DNA from: Octopus sinensis
Lineage: Eukaryota
Direction of reading: 5' to 3'
Length of the DNA: 64,000 nt
NCBI RefSeq assembly: GCF_006345805.1
Contig: NW_021833249.1
Location: forward strand, 1-64,000
In this document: positions 37,480 to 54,956 of the stretch, in pieces
Numbering within the stretch: position 1 is the first letter of the stretch
Layout: each line of letters starts with the position of its first letter
The notes under the pieces: generated by a model
Databases searched by the model: none
Told to the model about the DNA's origin: nothing
What the model saw: the letters and a program-made list of their open reading frames with translations, nothing else
Translations under genes and position numbers: made by a program

Positions 37480-40043
37480 TGTAGTGATCCTATACAACGG
37501 CGCGCGCTCGCGCACCGTCCATTTGTATTTCGCGCGTGCGGGGTTGGTGCTTTCACCACCGAAGAAGAACCCTTTTGCCTACGTAGCAGTTAGCCGAGGC
37601 AAGGGGATCGTATGACGTTGACCACCAGCGTCCATCAAGCAGCGACTTGAGACAGCAGCGACTGAAGGCGACGGTCACGTATATTTTCTCTCCGTCCGAA
37701 CTTGATTCTAGCAGCACCTTACCAAAAGGCCTTTAACCAAATTGTTGCAGACCCTGTTCCGGACGCCATCTTTGACCAGTGTCGTTTTGCATTTGAACAC
37801 TTTCTTATTTTACAGCGATAAGGTTCAGCACTGACACATTTATACCAAAGGGATACCAGATAACCACTTATTGTTACTGTTACCACATTAGAGAATAAAG
37901 TAGTATATATATCTTTTACGTCTGCGTCTGGTTGTTTCTGACTGGTAGAATTCTGGATTATTAAAGCAACGAATAGTGATTGCTTTCTTGTACCCCGAAA
38001 GTACAAGAGAAGATGTTCACTCACACTAAGACCGTTACAGTGGTGACCCCGACGTGATTCTGGTCTAAAACCAGAGATCACTGAACAACAACAAAAAATC
38101 CAGTTTTTCTGCGAAGTCGGAACACGATTTAACTCTACGCAGTCATCATCTTTCGACGATTTGTTTCCGGCCACCACAAACAGTTGTAGAAGGAGCCTCT
38201 TTCTTATTCTACAGCCACGATGACGAACGCCATCATATCAACGATGCCTTTTCTCCACCTTCGTCATCGCCATCGTCGTCTTTCTACTTCACGTCGTCGT
38301 TGTCTTCGTCGCCATCACCACTAAGAACAATGTTGTCTCAAGTCCACTACAGTCGCCTTCCACCACCACCGTCGCTTTTCAACACCGTCGACCAAGATGC
38401 GCATAGCAACTCGCGGAACTTTAGCGTGCACGCTGTTTGTGCATATGCACACCAAGGATTAACAGCACCGTCTATCTACGAGATTCTTCTGTTCCAGTTA
38501 ACCTGTCACAGCATTGAAGCCACAACCGTTACACGATATGTGTCCAATCGGCATCTGCATTTGTGATCTCAACATTCTGTTACAGAACGAACTGCTATTG
38601 TGCATCAGGCTATTACAGACTGGTAAATTAACTCCATTGTCTGAAATAGCACTGAGAGACATTTTTCTATGCGCTGTATATTATTTTGCTCGCATTTCGC
38701 CTTGTATGTATTTTTGTCGCACACACGTACACACACATAAATGCTATCTCTCACATACATACGTCACACATGCTTTTCTCGCTTGATTATTCCATGCTAA
38801 ATTTGCCTTTTGTGGACACACCTCATTTCTATAGACCCTAGGGGTCACGTATACATAGAGAGGGTTGTTTGTCCATTATAACGCGCCAGCATGTCATACT
38901 TTTGTTCCTGTACGAACGAGGCATATAATCGCTCAACCACTGGCATATTCATTGCTGTTTTTCGGTCTGGCAAGCTCTATTGCATTTCATGCGCCTTTGC
39001 TTCGCACGTGTATTGCCTTGTTTTTTTGCAACACGTTTGCGTTAGCTTAATTCTTTTCCCGACTCATAGTATGTCGGATGTTCACATGCGCTGCGCCTAT
39101 GTATGGGCGTAATTATTTTTCCCTGTTAGACTCCTGTTGGTCACGTAATTAACAGAGAAAATTATCTGTGTCGCGCATCACACCAGCATGCTTGCACTTT
39201 TGCCTTTTGTGTTACTAGCGATCTATCTGTCGATTCCATTTCCTCTCCTGCAGCAATTGACTTAACTGCTATTTCGCAGGATCAACTACTTTAGAGAAGT
39301 TGGATTTAATTTCGCCTAGGTTCATTAACTGTGAGTTTGCTTTCTCCCGCTCCCTACAGCGGAAGGCTCTATACTTTGTGACGTATCCACTTTCATGCAT
39401 GCACTTTTGAATTTTGCTCATTTTGAGTATTTTTTCCTTTTGGTGAATTTCTTATGTATGATGTAAAATTTTGCCATTTTTATTATATTGTGTGCTATTT
39501 GGTTATCTGGTGTCAACCTTGAGTTTTATAGTCACTACAGGGAATTTTGTGTCGTGCTTACGCACTGGGGTGTAGCTCTGTAGTGATCCTATACAACGGC
39601 GCGCGCTCGTGCACCGTCCATTTGTATTTCGCGCGTGCGAGGTTGGTGCTTTCACCACCGGAAGAAGAACCCTTTTGCCTACGTAGCAGTTAGCCGAGGC
39701 AAGGGGATCGTATGACGTTGACCACCAGCGTCCATCAAGCAGCGACTTGAGACAGCAGCGACTGAAGGCGACGGTCACGTATATTTTCTCTCCGTCCGAA
39801 CTTGATTCTAGCAGCACCTTACCAAAAGGCCTTTAACCAAATTGTTGCAGACCACATCTCCCTGTTCCAGACGCCATCTTTGACCAGTGTCGTTTTGCAT
39901 TTGAACACTTTCTTATTTTACAGCGATAAGGTTCAGCACTGACACATTTATTGTTACTGTTACCACATTAGAGAATAAAGTAGTATATATATCTTTTACG
40001 TCTGCGTCTTGTTGTTTCTCACTGGTAGAATTCTGGATTATTA
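37480..40043 (+). mobile_element. Non-coding LTR element with tRNA-Trp PBS
   Basis: Direct repeats 37480-~37965 and 39579-40043; PBS TGGTGACCCCGACGTGAT at 38041-38058; no gag or pol ORF internally. Confidence 0.85.
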
Positions 40044-40044
40044 C

Positions 40045-43391
<3,347 letters not shown>

Positions 43392-44139
43392 TTTGACTTT
43401 TGCTTTGTATTTGTACAAGTTGATTCCAAGTCTCACCCAGAGACCTCAAGAGACAAAAAGTTGGTGTTATGCCTAAGGTCTCATATATTTGGTTCTAGAG
43501 AATGTTTAAGAAAACATAAGAAAATTACAAGTTTGTTTTAAAATTTGAGATTACATAGATATTATTTTACGCAGGATAAGAACACTTCCCATGAACACTA
43601 TCTTTTCATTTTCTGCCCTTTTGGGGTTTCCTGGTATCTAACCTATGTAGGAATCAGCCCCTACTCTGTAGGCGCAAGAAGACTGCACTTGGAGACAACA
43701 TGATCAATGGTTTCATTTTGTTGTTGACATACACGACATGTTGGGCTACTGCCGTTCTTTGATGTGTTGGCCTGGTAGCTCCTTGTAGGTATGCACTGAT
43801 CTTGGGCTGCTATGATAAACCCTTCTGTTTCAGATTTTAAGCCAGAAGACATTAACCGTTGGTGGGTAAGGGCTTTGTCAACATCTGCATTATTCGCTCT
43901 CTTTGGGTATTTGCCATTGAGAGGTTTTTCTTGCCATTTGTCAGTAAGAATATCTAAGGCAGCAGTTTTAGCTCGGGTTTTCATACGCTTAGTTTTTCTG
44001 TTCTTGTTTCCAGCACGTCTTATTCTGGGATTTGTTGTATTTGGAATTCTCTTAGATATTCTTTTTGGCTATTTTGTTACTGAGTATGATGCTTTCTTGT
44101 TTTGGTGCTTTAAGACAAGTTTTAACATCCAGTCATCAG

Positions 44140-44140
<1 letters not shown>
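43392..44140 (-). mobile_element. 5'-truncated, internally deleted R4-like 3' fragment between (TAA)n tracts
   Basis: KWQEKPLNGKY...GLKSETEGFIIAAQDQ...CRVC...DHVVSKC. Confidence 0.8.
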
Positions 44141-44205
<65 letters not shown>

Positions 44206-45616
44206 GTGGTGTCGACTTTGCCTTTTGAGGTCGATTAATTAAGTACCAGTGAGACACTGGGGTCGATGTAATCGACTAGTCTCCAGCAAAAAAATTTCAG
44301 GCCTTGTTCCTTTTAGTAGAAAGGATTATTATTATTGTTGCTGATGTTTCTACTGCTGCTGCTGCTGTTGTTGTTGCTGTTGTTCTTGTTATTGAGATCA
44401 TTGTGCAACTTTCACCGATGGGAAGAGTCAGTTTTACGATATATATGTATGTATACTACATATGTGGAAAATCAGTGTGTGTTTGTTTGTGGCGTTGTTA
44501 GCTAACTCCTCCTACATCGTTTTATTGATTTTGATGAAACTTGACACGTGAGTAGAACTCATGCCTGGAAACCTCGTGACATACGTATCGTGTTGAAAAA
44601 TCGATAATACGACCTTTATATCCAACTCATATAACTAATTTTTTTAGACACCCAAGGGAAGTAACCCATAGCACCCGTACAAAAAATTTTTTAAACACTC
44701 AAGGGAAATAATCTATTTCATTGTTTGTGTTCGATTACTTTGAATATTGATTTTTTTGTGTGTCCTATTTCTAATTTTTGCAGACAATATCACTTTATTT
44801 GACACGTGAGTAGAACTAATGTCTGGAAACGTCGTGACATACTAAGATTGTTGAAAAAATTTGATAATAAGGCCCTTCCAATGGATATTTCGACCTACTA
44901 CATATTACGAATATTTTATTTAAACAACCAAAGGGAAATAGCTCATACCACCTGCAGATTTTAGCGAAGCGATCAATATTTAATTCTCACGATCAGTTGA
45001 CTTAAATCTGCATTTCACTACTCAGTTTTAAACTGCTAAATATTATTATTGCACTTTCCTTAATGTGAATCTGAAACATTAAAAACTTCATTCGTGCATT
45101 TCTATTCATACATACTTTTTTGAATGCCCAGTACACCGATAATTCAGCGTTTTTACAGTTACACTTTTTCCATGACAGTAGATAAATTTTTTATTCTGCA
45201 ACGTATATGCAGGCATAGCGTGGATTCCATCCTCGATTGCCAAATTTCACTTAACACTTCAACAGCGCTTTTCTCACGGTAAAACAATAGTTTTTTTCTG
45301 TGAATGACAGCAGTTATACATTTCCCAGATACCTTTGCTAAGCAGAATAATGTCTTTGCCACTCGCCAACTTCCAACAACCTTTCTCACCAACCTCCGAC
45401 AATCTTTCTCGCCAAACTCCAAAAACCTCTCCCGCCAATCTCCAACAGTCTCTCCCTCCTCCAACTGACAGATTTTGTACTTTTTCGTGACGGAAAATAC
45501 AGCTTTTGTGGCAGTTATCTCGAAATTGCTTTTTTATATCAGAGTAAGAAGATGTTTCAATAGAACACCTTTACCCCCGGGGAATTACCTGGTACACCAG
45601 CTAGTAATATATATAT

Positions 45617-45648
<32 letters not shown>

Positions 45649-45702
45649 ATATATATATATTATATTATATATATATATATTATATATGTGTGTGTGTGTG
45701 TG

Positions 45703-45781
<79 letters not shown>

Positions 45782-45794
45782 GTATATATTTATA

Positions 45795-45833
<39 letters not shown>

Positions 45834-45859
45834 GCACGCGCGCGCACACACACACACAC

Positions 45860-46150
45860 ACACATTTCTTTTTTCTGGCACTCCGTCGGTTACAACGACT
45901 AGAGTTCGAGTTGATGAAGTAACCCGCTCGTGAAAATTAACATGCAAGTGGCTGAGCACTCCACAGACACGTGTACCCTTAACGTAGTTCTCAGGGAGAT
46001 TCAGCGTGACACAGAATGTAACAAAGCTGCCCTTTGGATTACACGCACTACTCATTTTTGCCAGCTGAGTGGACTGGAGCAGCGTGACATAAAGTGTATT
46101 GCACAAGGACACAACGCATCGCCGGGAATCGAACTCGGATCTTTGTGGTT
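45860..46150 (-). mobile_element. SINE of a third family
   Basis: Minus strand B-box-like gagttcgattcccgg followed by gctccagtccactcagctgg. Confidence 0.6.
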
Positions 46151-48263
46151 ATTGTCACTGCATGTCGAAATCTTTAAAAAGAAATTTTAATGTATCATGT
46201 AGATGTAATTTTTGACGCTGAATCCGAATTCGTTATTTATTTATTCTGGAAAAAATTTTGCGTTCAAAATTTGATAATTTTCAGAATTTTCAGCCAATCA
46301 GAAAACAGCGCGTTCGCCGCCTCTTCCATGATGTTACAGTAGCGAGAAAGTGGGGTAGGGGCATGTCAAAACATTAAACTAGCTCCAGTAAACAGTTTAA
46401 AACATTAAATGATTCACGAGCAAATTAAATATTTAAAAGATACGAGCAAACCAACAGGAGTTGCTAGAAATAACAGTCAAAACATTAAAATATATACGAG
46501 CAAAGTAAAAAGTGAAAAGCATTAAAACATTCGCGAATAAATTAAATATTTAAAAGCTACGTGTAAACCAGGAGGAGTTGCTAGAAATAATAGTCAAAAC
46601 ATTGCTTAAAACACATTTATTAGTTTTAAAAAATTCAAGAACGGAAGTTTGCAATACATTCTAGGATTTTATAAAATAAATTATTTTTCATATATCTCCT
46701 TCTCCACATAAATTCACAGTCAACCATGGAACGGTGTGTCCCACACCGGCGTTTGTTTCCACGCTTTAAAGATGCCTAGGTACTCTCAATTTGTTGAGCG
46801 TGAGTCCCATGTTTTGAGTTTATAAATTCAATGCTATGGTTCACAGTTTTATGTTTGAAATCATAGCCCACGATTTCTAGGATACGTTTATTTCTGGTAT
46901 GAGATTTAGCTGCTATGTCTTGTAGGTAGAACGACTACGTAGAAGTTTCCTTTATTAACTTAATAAATTCAAATGTTTTTCTCCCCAGTACAAATACTGT
47001 GAGCATTGTTCTCTACTGCAGAACAAATTATGTCATCCATATTTGCAGATCCACATTTATCAACTTGGCTGCCAACAAAGCATCACACCCTCTTTCTCTC
47101 TCTCTCCTCTCCTACTCTCTCCCTTCTCTCTTATCATTCACTCACACTCACTTATACTCAGACTCATATTTCTTCTCCCACTTACTCACTCATTCATTCA
47201 CTCCTTACTCATTTCATTCTTTTTCTCTTTTTCAAAGAATCTCTTCCCCACTTCCTCTGTCTCTCTAATTTTGTTCTTGCTCTCTCATTCATAGACTCTG
47301 TTACTGACTTCCTCATTACTTTCCCTCTTCTCTGTGTGTGTGCGTGCGCGTGTATTTGTGTGTGTGTGTGCGCGCGCGCGCGTACATGTGTGTGTGGATG
47401 TGTGTGTGTGTGTTTGTATGTGTGTGTGTGTGCATGTCAACATGCACATGCATGTACATGACGGTTACAAACAAAGATTAAATGGTGAGAAGGAGAGTAT
47501 ATATCTTCATTATTAATGAAGGTTAGTAACCGAGCTTACGTTTGGGCGCCTTCCAAAAGTCAGTGCATCGCCGTTGTAATGCTGAATTTTACGCCTAAAT
47601 TCAAAAAGATCAAAACATGAATGCTCGTTTTCGAAAAGATTGAATAAATTTCTTCACTGATCACTCATTTCCCGATGTTTTTTCTATTGGTAGACAGGAT
47701 TTATTTCCGCTTATTTTATTCCACCCTCATTTAGCGTAGCTAGAATATGTTGCCGCCCAGGCCAACCCTTTATTTAACTTCATCACCTTCCTCCAAGATA
47801 ACTGCTTCCACACCTATCGCATTGGAGGAATGTGGCCTTTTAAATTTCAGGTAAAGTATAGCGCACGGCGATAAAGCTGTTATTGGTGGTGGTGGTGGTG
47901 GTGGTGGTGGTGATGATGATGAGGATGATAATGATGATTATAAGACAATGGAATTTACATGAAGAGTAACAATCACATTTATGTGATTGTGAAGAATTTC
48001 AAACAGGTTGGCTACTGCAATTAACATAGATTCGAATTCTAAATTACTGGCAAAGTTCTCCTCATAAAGTTGGATGCTCGTAACTTCTCTGTTATTCCAT
48101 GACACTGCCCCACACTCCACAACATTGCTCTACCCTCATCAAAACTATCCTACGCTCCGCCATCCTGTTCTACCCAGTCTCGCTACCCACTGAGATTTCT
48201 ACTCCTCATTGAAATACACACATTGCCTTACTCCTACATACGCGCACACACACATACACACAC

Positions 48264-48317
<54 letters not shown>

Positions 48318-48448
48318 ATATATATATTATATATATTTCGGAATGGTCATATTGCCAGTTTAGCCAATAAAAACACACGCACTATATATTTGGTGTTATT
48401 TTGCTTCAGTGATATTATATATTATCTTGCACAACAAATTTTTAAACG

Positions 48449-48513
<65 letters not shown>

Positions 48514-48579
48514 AGACCAAAGTGTACGTATGCCGCTATATATATATATATATAATATATATATATACATACATACATA

Positions 48580-49075
48580 TATAAAATACAAAATGGGACA
48601 AGAACGCAAAACATCCTGACAGGTGATACTAAAAAGAGGACAACAAAATATCCAGATAGACGATACAAAGAACACAAGGACGGGTCATTCGGAGTTTTCT
48701 TTCCTCAGTCGAGTTCCAGATAATTTTTGCAATTTCGGCTGGTTAAGGCACCTGTTGTTATATCCTGTTATTATTTTTATTGTATTTGTATAACATTGTC
48801 CGTTTTTTTTCATCCTTGTTTCGTCGCTGCTTTCTTCCAAGGAATCTAATGCTCTTAGCTTAGTTTTTCCCTAGGGCTGGCCAGATTGGAGCAACTCGAG
48901 TATAGTCAGCCGAAATTCCTCGACTGAGGAAAGAAAACTCCGAATGACCCGACCTTGTTTTCTTTATATCGTCTATCTGGATGTTTTGCGTTCTTGTCCC
49001 ATTTTACATATATATATATATATATATAATTGCAAAGATAATCTGGAACTCGACTGAGGAAAGAAAACTCTGCAT
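48580..49075. repeat. Small foldback element between (TA)n tracts
   Basis: 48580-48735 is inversely homologous to 48915-49010 and to 49029-49072 (ctcgactgaggaaagaaaactc). Confidence 0.7.
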
Positions 49076-49087
49076 TATTCGCACATA

Positions 49088-49123
<36 letters not shown>

Positions 49124-49133
49124 TGTATGTATG

Positions 49134-49164
<31 letters not shown>

Positions 49165-49169
49165 TATAT

Positions 49170-49370
49170 ATATATATATTTTTAATATTCTCCCAAAGAG
49201 TCTGAGGAACTTGTACAAAGTAGATGTAGGGGTTTTTAAATCAAGGCTGGACCTCTTCCTGTCGAGAGTCCCAGATGAGCCTACCTCACGGCAAGAGGTG
49301 CAAATGAGGGTAGCTATATCAGACTCCCTTCTTCATCAGGTGCCACATGTTAGAGGAGGCTCCTAGTAAT
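49170..49370 (+). mobile_element. CR1-like LINE 3' tip
   Basis: FNILPKSLRNL...FKSRLDLFLSRVPDEP...SDSLLHQ. Confidence 0.75.
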
Positions 49371-49440
49371 AACAGTGTAGCGCAAAACGGTGGTGCAGCT
49401 CTGAGCTGAAACTTTAAAAAATAGGGTATATATATATATA

Positions 49441-51590
49441 CTAGCTGAAGGTGACCCGCTCTACGCGCGGGTAAGAGTGTGGTTGTTACTTTCTGTTGCT
49501 TCCTTTCAGCACGTAAAAAGCACCATCCGAACGTGGCCGATTGCAGCGCCGCCTTGACTGGCTTCTGTGCCGGTGGCACGTAAAAAAGCACCAACCGATC
49601 GTGGAAGCTGCGAGCTCCCCTGGCACCTGAGCCGGCGGCATGAAAAAAAGCACCCACTACGCTCACAGAGTGGTTGGCGTTAGGAAGGTCATCCACCTGT
49701 AGAAACACTGCCAGATCAGACTGGAGCCTGGTGCAGCCTCCTGGCTTCCCAGACCCCGGTCAAACTGTCCAACCCGTGCTAGCACGGAAAACGGACGTTA
49801 AACGATGATGATGATGATGATGATGATTCTCCCTCTTTGTTTCTCTCTCCTTTCTCTCTCACTTTCCTCACTCTCTTACTTTTCTTTTCTCTCGGACTCT
49901 CCCTCGCTTTCTCTTACTCTCTATCTTTATCTATCTCTCTCCCATTTATAAACAACAAAAGATCTTGAGTAAGTTGAGAAATAAAATATTTAGAAAGATC
50001 AATCAGAAATAGGCAGTGGCAACGGAAAAGTCTGCTTTAAGGCAGACAGCAAAACGCTAACATTTAAAAGGGACAGACGAACTTGCGAGCTGAATAAAAA
50101 TAATAAAATATTGGAAAGCAAAGTTTGAAGGGATATAATATGAGGATAGTAGAGTCACCATGGCTGGCATTTCTTAACGACGGACAGCAACGTATTGACA
50201 GTTTAACAGCTGGCGTAAAATTTTGAACTTGATGTAAAATAAAATTCGTAAACACCAAGTTTTGAAGTGATTCTTTCTCACGACAGTAGACTCACCATGG
50301 CAAGCATTCAAAACTTCTTCATCGTGGACGGCAACACATTGACGATTAAAAGGCTGGCGCAAATTTTTTAGCTTGATGTAACAGAGAATTCCTAAACACT
50401 CGCTCCTGTAAATTTTAATCCCCTTCCAGCCCCATTTAGATCCCTTTTCACATTTTGGTTAATATAACCCGATTTCATTCGGGTGTACTGAGGTCACATT
50501 TTATAAGATGAGGAATTTTGTCCTAGAGGTGACGCCTTTAATTTGAGGAAAAAAATAGTTGTCATGCAAACTTGCCAGCACTTTTAACATAGGTGTGCAT
50601 ATTTTCAGCTGAACCGACCGACCACATAATGCACACATTATATATATATATGAGTGTGTGTGTGCACGCATTATATATACAAATGTATACAAATTATATA
50701 TATATGTATAAATTAAATTAGAGATAAAACCACTAATAGGCAAATCAAACAGTGAAAAACGAAAAACAAAAACATAAAAATAAAAATACAATATAGAAAA
50801 TATATAAAATATAAAATTGAAAAATTTAAATTATTTAAATTGAAAATAAAAATTATTAAATTATATTTATAATTTGTTTAAAAATATATATAACTATGAA
50901 AAAGTATTAAAAGTTTAATATACATAAATACAGATATATCACTTTGTATATATACATTATATATACATATTTATATAGAACACAACACACATACATTATA
51001 TATCATATTTTATATAAGAACACACACACACACACATATAAATGAACGCAAGAAATATCTGATTCGTAATATTTGTTCTCATGCTCGTGTGTTGTTGGTG
51101 CGATGATAATTCTCTCTATGAATGCAGACAGATACATAAAAGAACGTCGAAGTGATGGGAAGGTAGGAAACAGAGTGAGTGAAAAAGTGCTGGGAAGAGA
51201 GGAAATAGCGAGAGTGAGTTGAGGAAGACAGATACATTAAAGAACGGGAGTGGACTTGTCAAAGTGGGTTTTTGTCTCTCTATGAATGCAGACAGATACA
51301 TAAAAGAACGCCGAAGTGATGGGAAGGTAGGAAACAGAGTGAGTGAAAAAGTGCTGGGAAGAGAGGAAATAGCGAGAGTTGAGGAAGACAGATACATTAA
51401 AGAACGGGAGTGGACTTGTCAAAGTGAGTTTTTGGCCCTAGCAACGACACCTTTTAAGATGGGGATTTCTAAGGTAGCCCACGGGCATCGTCCCCTCATT
51501 TTACATGTCCCTGTAAATTTTGGAGTGAATCCGACGGGATGTAGTGGCCTTGAAAGCGATCCAAGCGGTAAAAACGCATTTCAGTCGTAT
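49441..51590 (-). mobile_element. Helitron family A copy with the same inserted repeat as 7690-9300
   Basis: CTAG and hairpin at 49441-49475; insert at 49503-49827 at the same site; colinear with 7690-9290 and 11300-12176. Confidence 0.82.
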
Positions 51591-51879
51591 TAATTGTTTG
51601 GACTTTGTGAACACATACCAATTGTTTTCATAACATTTTTAACGCTTTGAATTAAATGTGACCATTTTGCGTTGAGTCTGCAGTTTGAATCACTTTAACC
51701 AAATTTTAGCAGGCCGGATTTTTGATCATCACGATACATCGCCAGCGACTCCCTGAAACCCTCCCCTGAAATCCCCGTTGAGAAATCTATATATATAAAA
51801 CTCAACTTGTGTGTCTGTGTGTTTAACTTTTGGATCTACCAAGTTTCATTATTAAGGATGGAAAGTAGTGCGTAGCAAA

Positions 51880-52253
51880 TCTATATATATAAAGCTGAAG
51901 TTGTCTGTGTGCGGCAGGTTTGGCAGCCTTCAACTAACACTATCTCCTTCGAGACCCTGCTGTGCAAGTTGACCAAAATTGAGAGTATGATAGAAGAAGG
52001 CTTGCTCTTCATTCTGAAGAAGATAAAATTCAAATCGGACCATGTTAACACCAAAAATTATTTACATAAAAAAGGTGCTTTTTTTCTATGAAAATCCCTA
52101 TTTTTTACTATTTTTGACTGCTGTGTCACCGTTTTTCGGTGTATTTCAACTGGAAAAATGAACAACAAGTTGCATAATGCAAAATTTTTACTTTTCAAAA
52201 AATCCAATTCTAAAGGGTCGAAACAAACCCAAGCAACACGGGTGATACTGCTA

Positions 52254-52254
<1 letters not shown>
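51880..52254 (+). mobile_element. 375-bp non-autonomous Helitron family C
   Basis: A|TCTATATATATAAAGC start; accc...gggt hairpin; CTAG|T end. Confidence 0.75.
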
Positions 52255-52290
<36 letters not shown>

Positions 52291-52401
52291 AATTCGGGGT
52301 GAGTACTTGATAATTATAAGCACCTGTGTATACCGTTTGGTGGTTGTAGGTGGTTGGAGTAAATTGATCAAAATAAAATAAAACATGATGCGAAGGATTC
52401 A

Positions 52402-52479
52402 GCGGTACATATGTTTCGGGCCTTTATTAGACAGATTTATAACAATGCATAATGTATGTCTGTGGCCTTCTTCAGCCGC
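52402..52479 (-). ncRNA. Type I hammerhead ribozyme motif
   Basis: Reverse complement of 54879-54956. Confidence 0.8.
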
Positions 52480-54878
52480 GCACAACAGCTTCCACAAGGA
52501 CATGTGTTACATCAAAAATTCTTGGTTGGGGATGCAAATCCTCTCATTCACGTACGACATAATGCGGCAGCAGCATAGAGTTGAAGCGTCCATCTCTTTC
52601 TTCTCTCAATGTAGAATGAGGAAAATGGATGTGAGGTATGTAAATAAATAAATACATATATAGAGTGTGAAGATGAGAGGGCGAGAGTTCGGACGAGGAT
52701 AAAAATGTATAAAAAGTGTAAGTATAGAATAATATAAAAATGTATTAGAGGATAAAGGGTTGTAAGTAGATGTAAAGGGGGTATAAAGAAATAGAAAGTA
52801 AAAATAGAAATAGAAAATAAAGTAAAAAAAAACCTGATAAAAACATGATAAAAGTGTAAAAGAATGTAAAGATAAGGGATGTATAGAGGTTATGGACCAA
52901 GCATGGTGGTCAGGAGATTGATAAAATTTAGTTGTAGAATTGTCAGTACATCATCAGTTTTCGTCTGGGGACTTAATGCGTTGTAAATCAGAGCTGATGA
53001 GCATTTAATCTGGTTCCTTGAATTAAATGGACTTCTAGTACATACATATCATCATGGATATATACACCCACATACACGCGTACATATACGCTCCAAGCCT
53101 ATAAGCATACAACGCACTCGCGTGTAAACACGTACATAAACACACCACGCACCCACACGCACGCGCGTACACACACATATATACACAGAATATCCGCATA
53201 TATACACGGACATTACGCGCGTACACGCTCACAAGTATATACGCGCGCCCATCACTACATACACACACGTATATGCCCACGCCTCTAGGTCCAGGTATAA
53301 GATATTAAGGATGTGTATAAAACGAATGTAAAGAATCCCGTACTCATGTCAATACGCGCACGCACACACGGCTTGTGTGTCCGTATGTGCGTGCACATAT
53401 ACCCTCATATACACCACACAGAGACACACGCGCACATGGGTATAGCTATAAGATATCGAAGTATGCATGTACATATATGCATGTGCATATGTATGTATGC
53501 GTATACACACGTACGCGGACGCTCGTATATTCAAAAAGGTGGATCCATAGGTAAGTAAATAAACATATATAGAGGTGTAAAGCGATAAGTTAGGGGTAAG
53601 AATGAGGGTAAGGGTAAAGATTAGAAAAATAAAAATACAGTATAAAATAAGAAATACAATGTAATAGTTAGAAATGAAGTATAAGAATTATAAAAATTAT
53701 AAGAGTTAAGGTAAGGGATGAAATGAAAATGAGAATAAATGGAAGTAGAATAAAAGTAAAAATAAAATTAAAAATAAAAATAAAAATAAATGGAAGTAGG
53801 ATAAAAGTAAAAATAAAAGTAAAAATAAAAATAAAATAAAATAAGATAAAAATATAATTTTGTAAAGTTTAAAGTTGTGTGTTAAACGTAGGGGCGGGCG
53901 GGGGGAACTGAAAATTGGAAGAGTGGGAAGTGGAGTTTGGCGGTGTGCGTATATGAGGGTATATGTGCACGCACATACGGACACACAGCCGTGTGTGCGT
54001 GCGCGTATTGACATGAGTACGGGATTCTTTACATACGTTCTTATACACATCCTTTAATATCTTATACCTGGACCTAGAGGCGTGGGCATATACGTGTGTG
54101 TATGTAGTGATGGGCGCGCGTATATACTTGTGAGCGTGTACGCGCGTAATGTCCGTGTATATATGCGGATATTCTGTTGTATGTATGTGTGTGTACGCGC
54201 GTGCGTGTGGGTGCGTGTGTGTTTATGTACGTGTTTACACGCGGTGCGTGTGTATGCTTATAGGCTTGGAGGCGTATATGTACGCGTGTATGTGGGTGTG
54301 TATATATCCATGATGATATGTATGTACTAGAAGTCCATTAATTCAAGGAACCAGATTAAATGCTCATCAGCTCTGATTTACAACGCATTAAGTCCCCACG
54401 AACGAAACTGATGATGTACTGACAATTCTACAACTAAATTTTATTAATCTCCTGACCACCATGCTTGGTCCATAACCTCTATACATCCCTTAATCTTTAC
54501 ATTCTTTTACACTTTTATCATGTTTTTATCAGGCTTTTTTACTTTTATTTCTATTTCTATTTTTACTTTATATTTCTTTATACCCCCTTACATCTATTAC
54601 AACCCTTTAATCCTCTACATTTTTATATATTCTATACTTACACTTTTTATACATTTTTTATCCCTCGTCCCGAACTCTCGCCCCTCCATCTTCACCTCTA
54701 TATTGTATTTTATTTTACATACATCACATCCAATTTTCCTCATTCTACATTGAGAGAAGAAAGAGATGGACGCTTCAACTCTATGCTGCTGCCGCATTAT
54801 GTCGTACGTGAATGAGAGGATTTGCATCCCCAACAAGAATTTTTGATGTAACACATGTCCTTGTGGAAGCTGTTGTGC

Positions 54879-54956
54879 GCGGCTGAAGAAGGCCACAGAC
54901 ATACATTATGCATTGTTATAAATCTGTCTAATAAAGGCCCGAAACATATGTACCGC
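54879..54956 (+). ncRNA. Type I hammerhead ribozyme motif
   Basis: GCGG-CTGAAGA-A-GGCC-ACAGA...TCTGT..-GGCC-C-GAAA-CATATG-TA-CCGC. Stem I GCGG/CCGC, stem II GGCC/GGCC with extension, palindromic stem III ACATATGT, GUA cleavage triplet ending at 54952. Confidence 0.8.

Noticed and set aside
44541-44960. ~258-bp-period imperfect tandem duplication
   Set aside because: Real but old; likely the interior of an unclassified repeat, and I cannot assign termini.
46998-47100. Strong acceptor-like tract followed by a Cys-containing frame
   Set aside because: No donor, and the frame runs into a CT-rich low-complexity tract.
47740-47850. Open frames ending at a good donor (CAG|GTAAAG)
   Set aside because: No recognisable domain and a weak acceptor; cannot be supported without RNA data.
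48915-48950. CTGAGGA...CGAAT as a hammerhead
   Set aside because: GAAA core incomplete, and no stem I or III or NUH site.
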